DNA of 64,000 nucleotides from the human T2T-CHM13v2.0 reference genome, Homo sapiens. Below the pieces are notes generated by a model. That model was given only the letters and a program-made list of their open reading frames with translations. It was not told where the DNA came from and did no database searches. The stretch lies in assembly GCF_009914755.1 (NCBI RefSeq), contig NC_060940.1; one strand, written 5' to 3'. Below, piece after piece: positions 44,931-58,594 of this stretch; within the stretch, counting starts at the first letter, position 1, and the number at the start of each line of letters is the position of its first letter. A program made the position numbers and the translations under genes.

Positions 44931-45954
44931 ATTTTTGTGACTGTTTAATCCTCAATAAGAAGAGTAAATATCAGATATCCCTGCCTCCCTCTAAGAAGGC
45001 ACATTCCCAGTTCATTTTCAAGACTCAAGTGGCCAAGACAAGCAAACTTTCTAGATGTGACTGAGGCTGAACAAAGCTGGCATTATCTACTCCTGGTCTT
45101 TCCAGATCTGTCTGTTTTTATCCCACCAGGTCCACTCGAAGCCTCTCTTCTGAAATTTGACCAGAAATGACAAAGAATCATGAGTTGGTTCCACTGAGCA
45201 TCCACCCAGAATGATGCCTCCCAAGCTAATGGCATTTTTCAACCATCACAATGGAGTGAATGATGTGGATATTAGCACCCCTACTTACAGTCATTGATGA
45301 ATCTGCTCTTGGCAGTCAGAGCACCGAAGTGTGACTGCAACAATGGTGAGGGGGAGAGTTAGAAGGGAAGATAAATGAGCTCATTGTGCCTATGTATTTT
45401 GGAGGCCAAGGCTACTATCAGGTGTTCCAAGAAATGGGATACAAAAGAAATGAGTTTTGTCACCTAAAAAGAGAAAAGGATTCAACCAAGGCAAATTCTG
45501 AAAAGAAAGAACAGCCAGTGTCACCCAATTTCTACCTCTTCCAATCATGGCATTTATCTATTTTATGTCTCTAGCCAAGGAAAAATGCAATGCCTCCTTT
45601 ACAGGTTTGTTCTGCTGGAGATGGTGATTATTAAAGCAATTTGTTAGAGGCAGATTTTGCGTACATATTAAAGCAAGATAATCGTATTGGAGACGCTTGC
45701 CTGAAGCAGGGATTCAGCTGGAATGGCCATTGCACACAAGTCTGTTTTTCAGAACTGGGTAATGATGAGCACATTTAGTGACTAAGATGCATGGCCTGAT
45801 TTAATGGGATTTCCCCCAAAATATATATGGTAATGGAAGTAAGCCTGCTTAAATAGTGGGTACATTTGGAATCCTGCTTTAAGAGAATACAACTTACCAA
45901 TTAGATCACAGCCTATTGTAGGGGAGAAAAATTAAATCTGCCCCTGAAGTTTAT

Positions 45955-46562
45955 GTATTCATTCAACAAATATTTATCTAACACCTACTCTGCACAAGGG
46001 GCTGGAAATTAACATGTGAAGAATAAGAAAGACATAGTGTCTGGTTTTGTAAGGTTTCCGTGCTGGTGAAGGAGATCAAACATAGCATTATACAGTTAGA
46101 TACTCAATTACAATCATGACAAACGCTTCAAAGGATAACTACAGGGCACTTTGCATGTGAGTGTCAGGGGAACTCACTCTAATCCAGACAATCAGAGGTT
46201 TTCTTGAGGAAGTAGCATTTAAGCTAAACACTAACAGATGAGAACCACTTAACAAATGGGGTGGAGAATGAAAATGTGTTCCAGGCAAAGACTATGGCAT
46301 ATGCCAAGGCTCTAAGTCAGGAGCAACAGTGTAACCTGGTGTGGTTGGAGCTAGGAGAGAAGAGGAGAAGCGAATGAAGGTGCTGGAAAGGTTGTTAGAA
46401 GCCTTTGCACATGCTGCACTGTTGCCTGGAGCACAACACAGTGCTGGGACATGCATGCAGGGCCATGGTCAGGACTTGGCTCTGGCCTAAGAACAATGGG
46501 GAGCCACTGAGGGACCCTAAGCGAGTGGCCTGGCAGTAGTTTAGCATTTTTGAAAAGTCACT
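45955..46562 (-). mobile_element. L2 relic
   Basis: attcattcaacaaatatttatctaacacctact, gttccaggcaaag and aatggggagccactgaggg. Confidence 0.7.
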
Positions 46563-46565
46563 CTG

Positions 46566-46869
<304 letters not shown>

Positions 46870-46879
46870 TTAATTAATT

Positions 46880-47010
46880 CAGTTAGTCCTACAAACAACC
46901 GCTGCAATAGATACCATCATTATGGTCATTTTACAGATAAGAAAATTGAGATTCGCAGAGCCAGGACCACCCCAGCAAATAGCACAGTTGGGATTCAAAA
47001 CCAAGCAGTT
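46880..47010 (-). mobile_element. MIR
   Basis: cattttacagataagaaaattgag...gggattcaaaacc. Confidence 0.65.
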
Positions 47011-47879
47011 TGAGTGGGTATTAAAAAAAAACAAGTTTCCATTCAACTTATGAAGCAACAACAGGCAGAAATAGAAGTTGAAATTTATGTTAATCACCTT
47101 CTGTGATTCTACACTCTCAATCAATTCAGATAGAGAAATCCAAGTTGACTGCACAGAGGCACGGCTCTCTGAAAAATTTAACACTGTGCCACGCTTACGA
47201 AGAATGAAACAGGCTGGATGTCGGTTCCACAGCATCCCAAATGTTCCCACCCTTCGCCTCATGACAAAGGAACAGCAACTTCAATTTATGTGCCAACGGA
47301 TCACACCCCAGCATTCCAAGGGACTTTGCTGGGGAGGAAGCGCAGTGGTTTAATGGTACAGCATGCTGTGCTGGGCTAAGGATAGAAAGTAGACACAGCA
47401 GTGTGGCCTCCAGCTTGCATTTACAGAAGGGAGTTCAGCTGGGTGTCTGGTCAAGCTGGCCCAGCCCAGACTGGGAAAGGCTGAATGTCTGAAAGTCTCT
47501 TTTGGAGAAGTACAATGGAATGCTACCAACCTGCAAACTTTCAAGTTCCATGGAAACCAACTGTCTCATGCAGGATGTTTTTCTCACAATCACTGCAAGG
47601 ATGACAATGGGTTGTGTAAGGTGGCACTTGGAGAATTAAACTTTTCATGCCATTGTTTGGTACAAAGATTATTGGATATTGACATGTAATGATGCTGTGT
47701 GCTGTCACTCATTTAACACCTGCTTCCCCAGTGGACTCCATGAGGGCAAGAGTTCAGTCTGTCTGACTCAATGCTACAGCACTTAGCATGATGCCTAGAA
47801 TAATAATAATAATGAAGAGGAGAAGGAGAAAGATGCTGAAGAGGAAGAAGAGGAAAAAGAAAAAGGAGAAAGGAAGATA

Positions 47880-48115
47880 ACAGTTGACATATATTACGTA
47901 ATTATGATAAGCCCATTATAGTCTAAAAGCCTTCCGTGAATTGTCATTGAATTCTCACAAGAATCCTACAAGATGGATTTTATTACTGTTACAGTTTACA
48001 AATGAGGAAACTGAGGCATAGGGAACTGCAGTAACAGGCTGACTCTGCTACTAAGTGGTAGAGACAGGATTCGAACCCATACACTGACATCAGAGTCTGT
48101 GCTCCTAACCTTATA
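47880..48115 (-). mobile_element. MIR retaining its tRNA-derived head
   Basis: tttacaaatgaggaaactgaggc core; B box GGTTCGAATCC on the minus strand at 48067-48077. Confidence 0.75.
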
Positions 48116-48426
48116 CAGTGGTGCCCATTGTAAAGAGAGGAGATAGGTCAGTACTTGTGGAATAAATAAATAAGTGTTTCAGAAACGCTCACAGTAGTAG
48201 GGGACGTGGTCAGGAAGTAAATGAGTACCTTCCTAGAAGGATATATTGGAATCCCTAGGGAGTTTTTTTTTCAAACTACCCACCTGTTTCTTAGCTACTC
48301 CCACCCGCTACTGCTGGATGAAAAGCCTTACGGTGGCCAGTCACCTTTAGTGATTGGAAGTGTGTTTTCTCACTCAAGCGTATAGGGAAGAAAAAGAAAA
48401 ACAATTTTGGAAATTATTGTTCTAGA

Positions 48427-48913
<487 letters not shown>

Positions 48914-49059
48914 ATCCACTCTCCTCATCAAAAAGCAACCAGGGGATGCTCCAGGCCCACCTGATTCCCCTTCCTTAGATGTTAGCTTAGAGGTACAGAT
49001 ATCACAGGTGTTTGGTATTTAAAAGTTTAATTCAATTCAACTATTATTTCATGAACACC

Positions 49060-49625
<566 letters not shown>

Positions 49626-49637
49626 GTTTTGAAAAGA

Positions 49638-50000
49638 TGTTTTAGTCTGCTCTCATTTTGCTAATAAAGACATATCCAAGACTGGGTAATTTATAAAGGA
49701 AAGAGGTTTAATGAACTCACAGTTCCACATGGCTGGGGAGGCCTCACAATCACGGTGGAAAGTGGAGGAGGAACAAAGGCACATCTTATATAGTGGCAGG
49801 CAAGAGAGCATGTGCAGGGGAACTGCCCTTTATAAAACCATCAGATCTCATGAGACTTATTCACTATCACGAGAACAGCACTGGAAAAGCCCCTCCCCAT
49901 GATTCAGTTACCTTCCACTGGTCCCTCCTGTGACACATGGGAATTATGGGAACTACAATTCAAGATGGGATTTGAGTGGGGACACAACCAAACCATATCA
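49638..50000 (-). mobile_element. THE1 solo LTR
   Basis: tgttttagtctg...ccaaaccatatca. Confidence 0.92.
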
Positions 50001-50261
50001 AGAGATAAAAAGGCACAAAGCACAACTTTGATCTTTTATGGCCCCAAAGCTTAATAATGGGATAATACAAGCATAGAGACGAGTATATAACATAGTTACA
50101 ATATGTAAGAGAATATGGCAGAGATAGATAGGAAGGAGGAGGACCGACAGGAATAAGGGCCCTAATGAAAAGTGGAAGAGTCTCTCTGGGCAGCTAAGAA
50201 AAATGCCATGGAAGTACAGAGAAAATGGATGCAGAAGAACAAAGCAAAGATGGAATTTCTT

Positions 50262-50385
50262 TTCTTTTTTAAAATTTTTTGAGTTAATTGTAGATTCACA
50301 TGCAGTTGTAAGAAATACAGAGAAATCCCATATATCCTTCACCACTTTTTCCCAATGGTAACAATTCGCATAACTATAGTCTGTA
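50262..50385 (-). mobile_element. L1MC 3' end fragment
   Basis: gtagattcacatgcagttgtaagaaatacagagaaatccc...aatggtaaca. Confidence 0.7.
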
Positions 50386-50895
50386 TCTCATCTCTTTTCT
50401 TTTTGATAAAAGGCTCTGAGAATGAGCAGATTTCAAAAAAAATTTAACTATCCTATCAGATAATTTAATTATGAGCATGAATCAACAATGTATTTCAAAT
50501 TTGTGGCAAAGGCAAGAGACTTTGCTGACCTTGGAAGGGACATTTTCTGGAAAAAGAGAAGAATGAGATAATCACTGTTAGACTGAATACATGTAAAAAG
50601 AATGCCTGGTTAAGAAGATCATTAGACCCTTGACTGACAGTCAGCTAAGTAGCTGGGTAGGTAGTTTCCCAGAAGAGGTCATAATCTCATTAAAGTTTGA
50701 TATAAAACTGCTTAAGCATTTTATCACAAATCTTAATTTCCTTCCTAGTAGGAGGTTATGAATTACAGCATGAAAAAACTTCTGTATCAAACCAGATTTG
50801 GGACAGTTTTTCTTTACCATAAGCCAGGGATCTGAGTGAAATGTTGAGTACCCACCTTGAATTTTGGAAGGAATAAACACAATACCAAGAACTGA

Positions 50896-51199
50896 GGCCG
50901 GGAGCAGTGGCTCACACCTGTAATCATAGCACTTTGGGAGGCTGAGGCAGGCAGATCACCTGAGGTCAGGAGTTCGAGACCATCGTGACCAACATGGAGA
51001 AACCCTGTCTCTACTAAAAATACAAAATTAGGCGGGCATGGTGGCACATGTCTGTAATCCCAGCTACTCAGGAGACTGAGGCAGGAGAATCCCTTGAACC
51101 CAATAGGCGGAGGTTGTGGTGAGCCGAGATGGCACCACGGAACTCCAGCCTAGGCAACAAGAGCGAAACTCCATCTCAAAAAAAAAAAAAAAAAAAAAA
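50896..51199 (+). mobile_element. AluSp-like
   Basis: ggagaaaccc and ggcaacaagagcgaaactcc; poly(A) tail. Confidence 0.95.
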
Positions 51200-51714
51200 G
51201 AGTTGAGGCCCTGGGGAAGATGACCCAAGAGGAAACCCATAGGAGACCATTCAGTAACATGGAAACTTTAGTTTCTGTGTGACATACATGACTTGATGTT
51301 TGTTATATATTTTTTCCAAGTTAGACTGTGAATCCTCTATAATGTAAGCTTCCAGGACACGGATCTCATTTGTGATACTGTTTCCCCCCACCTTGAACAT
51401 TATCAAGCACATAATAGGCTCACAATGCAATAAATATTGACTGAATGAATGAATTTCTAAACACTTAAATAACCAGGAACACTGCCTTTCCTACATTTCA
51501 AGCATGTCAAAGGTGGGGATAGTTAAGTCATGACTGTATTTCATGAATTTTCATGAATTGATATTAGGGGAACACATGAAGGAGTGTGTTGATATACACC
51601 AAGGCTGAAACTGTAAGAAAATTTTCAGCCTCATCTTGGCCAAGAACCTCTACCCAGAAACAGGGGACCCAGGAATCACTCAAGAAAGCCTTCATTGTAA
51701 TTATGAAGATAAAG

Positions 51715-51890
51715 AACAAATCAGTGGTTGCTGGGAATTGAGGAATGGGATGTGATTACAAAGGGATAGCATAAGAGAATTTTTGGGGGAGGAGAAGCTA
51801 CTCTGTATCTTAACTGTGGTAGTGGTTACACAAATCTATATATCTATTAAAATTCACAGAACTATACACAATAAGTCAATCATTTAAAAA
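51715..51890 (+). mobile_element. L1ME-class 3' end
   Basis: atcagtggttgctgggaattg...aaaattcacagaactatacac. Confidence 0.55.
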
Positions 51891-52549
51891 ATGTTGCCAC
51901 TAAAAATCCCATTGAATGGACACCTTGTGTTGAGGGAGGTGCCTGCCAGCCAACGCACTGTTGCTTCCTTCTCTTGGACCAGCACCACCCCCCACACGCC
52001 ACCTTTATGTATGATGAGGTCTCCAGGAATGATACTTATACTGTGAGACTCCACTCCCATCTCTATCCTTCAGGGTGACTGATAATGAGTAGACAGCAAA
52101 CTAGACCAAGTAGGTGTCTCTCTCAGATATTTAAAATTGGGACTGTAGCTATAAGTAAATCTCTAAGAGTTGCTGGAATGGTAACAATAATACCTAAAAT
52201 TGTGAGACAGCCATATCGTATTTCATAGATATCAAAGTTGAGATAGATGGTTTACAGAATGAGAGAGAAGGATGTAAGCCTACCAAAAGAAGTGACGATA
52301 AGGGAAATAAGAGAGAGACTGAGAATCAGACATGTTGGCTGACTGATTTAATGGGTTTCCAGTTTCTAATTCCTCTTCTCAAGGTCTATCTACTTTCTTC
52401 CCCTTGGTTTCAATGAGCTACCCTACACCCTTATGATAGTCCTTGTGTATGCTTCTGTTTAATCAAGCTCAGTTATCCTGTTTGTAAAAACATAGACTCT
52501 GAATTAATCTATGGGCCTTTAAACACTAGTTCAAGCACCATCAAATAGT

Positions 52550-52710
52550 CAGAATTTGGGCAACTCAACCTCTTGATGCCTCCGTTTTCTCATCTTTAAA
52601 AGGACAATAGTACCTTTTATACAATTGTGGGGATTAAATGAGTCCATATAAAGTTCTTAGAGCAATGCTTGACACATAATATGAATCCAGATATGCTGCT
52701 ATTATTATGA
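52550..52710 (+). mobile_element. MIR
   Basis: ttgggcaactcaacctc...gcctccgttttctcatctttaaaa...ggattaaatgag. Confidence 0.7.
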
Positions 52711-53127
52711 CTAACACAGCTTTATCAGAGTCTGTCTATACTCTCAATATCATTTCATAGCAGGAAATAGCTATAATTATCAATATTTTCTGAGGTGAGA
52801 GAACAAAAAACAGGAAACCATCTCATTCATTATAAGAACCCCAAGACTTCCCCCAAACATGAAAAATGCCTCTTGAAATGATTATTCTAATCTAATGCAA
52901 AATTATGAACATGAGGAATTTTATTGTATTTCTTTAAAATCTGGTAAGATTTCCTGTGAAATTATACCATGGTATCAAAATGAAATTTAAGACCTTTCAC
53001 CAAGTTTGGTCCTATTCTCTCTGTGGCATGAACACAGTGGGGAGTTGTGGATGATCTCTTTCATCTGCATTGTAACATTGTAATTTTAGAGTTTATAAAA
53101 CACCTTCTTGGATTCTATTCCATTTTG

Positions 53128-53402
53128 ATTTTTTCTTTTTTTAGATGGAGTCTCACTCTATCACCAGGCTGGAGTGCAGTGGCACAATCTCGGCTCACTG
53201 CAACCTCCACCTCCCCGGTTAAACTGATTCTCCTGCCTCAGCCTCCCAAGTAGCTGGGACTACAAGTGCACACCAACACGCCCAGCTAATTTTTGTATTT
53301 TTAGTAGAGACAGGGTTTCACCATCTTGGCCAGGATGGTCTCGATTTCTTGACCTCGTGATCTGCCCGCCTTGGCCTCCCAAAGTGCTGGGATTACAGGC
53401 AT
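53128..53402 (-). mobile_element. AluSc-like (5' end clipped) followed by a MIR
   Basis: Reverse Alu ending at acaggcat, then the MIR core tttacagatgaggaaataaaagctcagaga. Confidence 0.9.
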
Positions 53403-54079
53403 GTCATTTTGATCTTTATGACAACTCTCTGAGGCAGGTATTATCATCAAAAATTTACAGATGAGGAAATAAAAGCTCAGAGAGACACCAACATCCATCC
53501 AGCTACTTAGTTTCATAGCTAGAACTGAGGCCTTCTGGCTCCAAGAATTGGGCTTCTTCCTAACAATCATATTGATGCCTACCAGATTAACAGCTCTGCA
53601 GATGAAGACCAGCCTGATATAATTATTTTGCCCACTTCTCAGTTTCTACTACCAACTGTTATATTTCAGACCTATATATTAGGTTCTCACATAAGTGCAG
53701 TGAGTTTAGCAGACCATCCTCACTGTATAGACTGTGAAACCAGGTCTTCAGTAATTCAAGTCCAAGGTCACCCTTTGGGTATGTTGACTAGTAATTATAT
53801 AAACCTGGAAACTCAACCAAATATCTCTTGACTTCAAATCCAGTACTTTCCCCCACTTTATGGCACTATCTCTCTGATATGTGTTTATTCTTAGCGCTAG
53901 AACTTCAAATTTCCAAACAGGCCTGGGTGATAGAGACATGTGTTTCTTATGGTCAAACAAATTGCTAGAGCTAAGACAGAAACACACTTGCTTTTCCAAG
54001 TGGATAGGGGCAGAATGAAAACTAAGTTCAATTGCTTGATTTGTGCAAATATCACACAAGAATACGGTAGACCTATGTA

Positions 54080-54159
54080 TTAGGTTGGTGCAAACAGAAT
54101 TGCGGATTTCGCCCTAACTTTTAATGGCCAAAAAACGCAATGACTTTGCGCCATCCCAA
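54080..54159. mobile_element. MADE1 mariner MITE (palindromic)
   Basis: ttaggttggtgcaaacagaattgcgg...cgcaatgactttgcgccatcccaa with TA flanks. Confidence 0.85.
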
Positions 54160-54777
54160 TATTATATTTCAACATAGGTGTCCAAGATAGAGTGTTAAGT
54201 TGGTGGGGTGTGCGGTGGAGGAAGCACAACGTAAAACAGCTTAGCTGTTAGCTTCAACCATAAGGGGGAAAGTAACAAACTTAAATAGGTTATGTAATGA
54301 GTTGAAATATTTCTCTAGAAAGATGTCATACATTGCAAAATAGGTCAGAGCTGGTCTTCGGCCTAAAAGAGCAGAGTTTCTTTGTTCTTTGTGTGGTTGA
54401 GGGTGGAAATCCTTCTATAACAGATCCAGCTACCCCGCTACTGTGGTTTGCCTTAAGAAAACAATTGCAAGAAAGGTGGGAAGTGAGAGAGAATAGTATG
54501 TGTGTGGGGGAGTGGGGCGGAGGGGAGGGTGTGCCTGTGTATGTGTATCTGTATACGTACAGCTAAATTGTGAGATCTATGTATTAAAGAGTTTTGGAAA
54601 CCTAGGACCTGCACCTAGAGACACCACCTATTCAAACAATAGTTTGCGCAAATGGGAAAATAAACTGGGTAACTGGGTTTGGCAGTAGTATAATCCCAGG
54701 TCATGGCTGATTTTATGCAAGAGTTTATGAATTATACCAGCACAGCTGGAGACCTGTGTTTCAAGAGCAATCATCTG

Positions 54778-55115
54778 GGCCGGGCACAGTGGCTCATGCC
54801 TGTAATCCCAGCACTTTGGGAGGCCAAGGTGGGCAGATCACAAGGTCAGGAGATCGAGACCATCCTGGCTAACACAGTGAAACCCTGTCTCTACTAAAAA
54901 TACAAAAAATTAGCCAGGCATGGTGGTTTGCACCTGTAGTCCCAGCTACTCGGGAGGCTGACGCAGGAAAATGTTGTGAACCCGGGAGATGGAGCTAGCA
55001 TTGAGCCAAGATAGAGCCACGGCACTCCAGGCTGGGCGACAGAGCAAGACTTCACCTCAAAAAACAATAAATAAATAAATAAATAAATAATAAATAAAAT
55101 TAAAAAAATAAAAAA
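54778..55115 (+). mobile_element. AluY/Sc-like
   Basis: gagatcgagaccatcctggctaacac; TSD aagagcaa.catctg. Confidence 0.93.
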
Positions 55116-55349
55116 GAGCAACCATCTGAAAATAAAAACTACCAAATCCAAAAACAACATTATTCCTCAGCTGAGGAAGGTTTTTGTTTTTATCTCTCTA
55201 TAATTATGGTAAGCAGACCCGCCTCCTTAAATAGTAGAATCACCCCTGTATTATGAGAAGTTACCATAGGAGAATAGACTCAGGACAGGAAAAAAGATAT
55301 TCTCACAGTATAAGGTTTCAGAGATATTTAATTTAGTTAATAAAGGGAA

Positions 55350-57572
55350 TGTGACCTCACTTCTATTTCTGCCTAGGACAGTGGCTTATATCACACTAAA
55401 TCTTCTGCCAATAATAACTATAAAATCTGGGTGAAAAAAAAATAAGGCTGCTTGAAACCACTGAAGGGCAACCAAGGCAGCCAGAAGTGGATAAGGCAAG
55501 ATCATGAAGAGATAAGGATGCTATTGAGGTGAGCCCTGTGTTATTATCCAGTGTGTTTCCCTTTGAGGCATTTGCCAAGTCATCGTGCATGGCATTGAGG
55601 CCAAATAGAAATCAGCAACCTGGAACTTGCAGCTGTCTTAGCAATGAACTTCAAGACTCCCAAAGCATCCAGAACATGAAGGTCTAAGTTTTCAGAGAAA
55701 AAAAGAGAATTTCTGAAAAGTGAGCCTGAAATTCTACATACAATTCTCTCCCAAGGGATTTGGGAGCTTCGGCGATGTACATACACATCAAGAAAAATGC
55801 TGAGAACACAGGAAGAAAGCATGAGCCAAGAAGCTACAAAGCTAGATTTGCAGAGATAAACTTTGGAGGTCAAAGGATACCAAAGATAATGGACGCTTGT
55901 TAGGGAGAAGTGGGAGAGGGTGGTGGTGCAGGGCAGATTTTGAGTTGAAGCGTCAATGGGCATTGCCCTAGGATTAGGGGTTACACTTTAGGAGTATGTA
56001 CAAGCTGGAAATACAGCCAATACTTACAAAAACTGAAGCCTAAGCTTCTGCTAAAGCAAGGTAATCTGCTCATACTCTTTCTGCCTGCCAGAAAATAAAA
56101 TATATCCCCTGTAGAGGAAGATAATATTGTCCAGAGCCTCTACTATCTTTCATACAAAATATCCAGCATTCTACAAAAAAAAAAAAAAAATTATCAGGCA
56201 TCCTGGGAAACAGCAGAATGACTAAAAACCCTAAGAAAACACAAACAATAGAAACTAGCCTGGAAAGAATCCAGATATTGAGTTATCATACATGGATTTT
56301 AAAATAACCATTATTATTATTTCCAAAAACAGAGAAAGAGATCGTGAATTATAGGATTAGAACACCGAAGAGAGAAAAAAGGAAATAGAAATTTTAAAAT
56401 TGAAAAACATCAATACTCAAATGTAGAACTCAGTAATGATTTTTAGAGAAGGTAAGATAGAGCAAAGAAGATTAATGAAATAACAGATAACTAAGTAGAA
56501 CCTATCCAGATTGAGGCATGGGGAGAGCGGGAGGAATGAAAACCAGATAAGGGTGTGACCCAAGGGACAGGATAGCAAAGTTTAATGAATGTGCAATAAG
56601 AATCTCAAAACGAGAAAACAGAAAAGATAGAAAAGAAATATTTAAAGAGATAAGGACTGGAATTTTTCCAAAACTGATGGAAGATCAATCCACAGATTTA
56701 AGAAGCTCTATAAATACTGAGAGAAAATGAACACAAAATAAAATATCTGGGTAAGCTGTTGCAGGCCAAAGACATAGAAAAATCAGCAAAGAGCAGCCAG
56801 AAGAGAGAAAGGGTTATATTATTTTCCAAGGGATACCAATAAGACTAACAGCAGATTTCTCAATTAAAATGACAGAAACTAGGAGGCAGTGCTATAATAT
56901 TCTTAAAAGGCTGATAGAAAATAACTATCAACCGCAAGTTCTATATACAACATGAAAATGAAGGTAGAATAAATATAATTTTACATAAATAAAAACTAAA
57001 ATATTTAATTACAGCAGACTGGTACTAGAGAAATATTAAAGGATGTTAAGTAAAAATAAACACAGAAGCAGTGATCCTACAGGGAAAAAAAAGCAGTACA
57101 GTAAGGAATAAAGGCAATGGAAAGGACAAATATGTAAGTAAATCCAAATGAATATTGACTACCAAAACATCCACAATTTGTCTGGCAGTGTTCACTATAT
57201 TTTTAGAATTGAAATATATAACAATGATGACATAAAAAATAGGAGATGTTAAATAAAAGTTAACTCCTGTAACATTCTAGCTTTGTCTGGGAAATAAGAA
57301 AAAATTGTTACATCAAGTAGACCTTAATAAGGCAATGACGCATATTGTAATATCTACTGAAACCCCTAAGAGGAAAATAAGAGAATGTATATGAACATGC
57401 TAAAAACTAGCCAAAATGGAATAAAAAATAATTTATTAATCCAAAAGAAAATACAAACGAAAGTATGATGACACATTTTACCATAAATATTTCGGTAACT
57501 AGCAATAAATGTTAATGGATTAAGTAATCCAATTAAAAGAGATTTTCAACCTAGATAAAAATAACAAGCTAT
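55350..57572 (+). mobile_element. Old L1M 5' region, ORF1 and ORF2 start (continues at about 63732-63924)
   Basis: ORF1 relics (gaatttttccaaaactgat, aataagactaacagcagatttctc) and the ORF2 start aaatgttaatggattaagtaatccaattaaaaga (NVNGL..PIKR). It resumes after the young L1 with aagttgaaagtaaaaggatgg (LKVKGW). Confidence 0.75.
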
Positions 57573-58594
57573 GGGTTTTATCCAAGATGGCCAAATAGGA
57601 ACAGCTCCAGTCTACAGCTCCCAGCATGAGCGACGCAGAAGATGGGTGATTTCTGTATTTCCAACTGAGGTACCGGGTTCATCTCACGGGGGCTTGTCAG
57701 ACAGTGGGCGCAGGACAGTGGGTGCCGCCAACTGAGTGTGAGCCGAAGCAGGGCGAGACATCGCCTCACCCGGGAAGCACAAGGGGTCAAGGAATTCCCT
57801 TTCCTAGCCAAGCAAAGCTGTGACAGAAGGCACCTGGAAAATTGGGTCACTCCCACCCTAATACTACGCTTTTCCAATGGTCTTAGCAAATGGCACACCA
57901 GGACATTATATCCCGTGCCTGGCTCGGAGGGTCCCACACCCACGGAGCCTCACTCATTGCTAGCACAGCAGTCTGAGATCGAACTGCAAGGCGGCAGCTG
58001 GGGGAGGGGTGCCCGCCATTGCTGAGGCTTGAGTAGGTAAACAAAGCGGCCGGGAGGCTCGAACTGGGTGGAGCCCACCGCAGCTCAAGGAGACCTGCCT
58101 GCCTCTGTAGACTCCACCTCTGGGGGCAGGGCATAGCCGAACAAAAGGCAGCAGAAACCTCTGCAGACTTAAATGTCCCTGTCTGACAGCTTTGAAGAGA
58201 GCAGTGGTTCTTCCAGCACGGAGTTGGAGATCTGAGAACGGACAGCCTGCCTCCTCAAGAGGGTCCCTGACCCCCGAGTAGCCTAACTGGGAGGCACCCC
58301 CCAGTAGGGGCAGACTGACACCTCACATGGCCGGGTACCCGTCTGAGACAAAACTTCCAGAGGAACGATCAGACAGCAACATTTTCTGTTCAGCAATATT
58401 CGCTACTCTGCAGCCTCCGCTGCTGATACCCAGGCAAACAGGTTCTGGAGTGGACCTCCGGCAAACTCCAACAGACCTGCAGCTGAGGATCCTGACTGTT
58501 AGAAGTAAAACTAACAAACAGAAAGGTCATCCACACCAAAACCCCATCTGTACATCACCATTAACAAAGACCAATAGTAGATAAAACCACAAAG
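57573..58594 (+). promoter_or_regulatory. L1 5'UTR internal sense promoter and antisense promoter region
   Basis: YY1 site CAAGATGGCC at about 57583-57592; about 1.02-kb UTR of the longer pre-L1PA3-deletion type. Confidence 0.75.

Noticed and set aside
47545-47558. Additional X-box-like sites (agttccatggaaac; also about 15607 and 18506)
   Set aside because: Imperfect and isolated; expected by chance in 64 kb.
48050-48115. tRNA gene suggested by GGTTCGAATCC
   Set aside because: No cloverleaf; it is contiguous with a MIR core.
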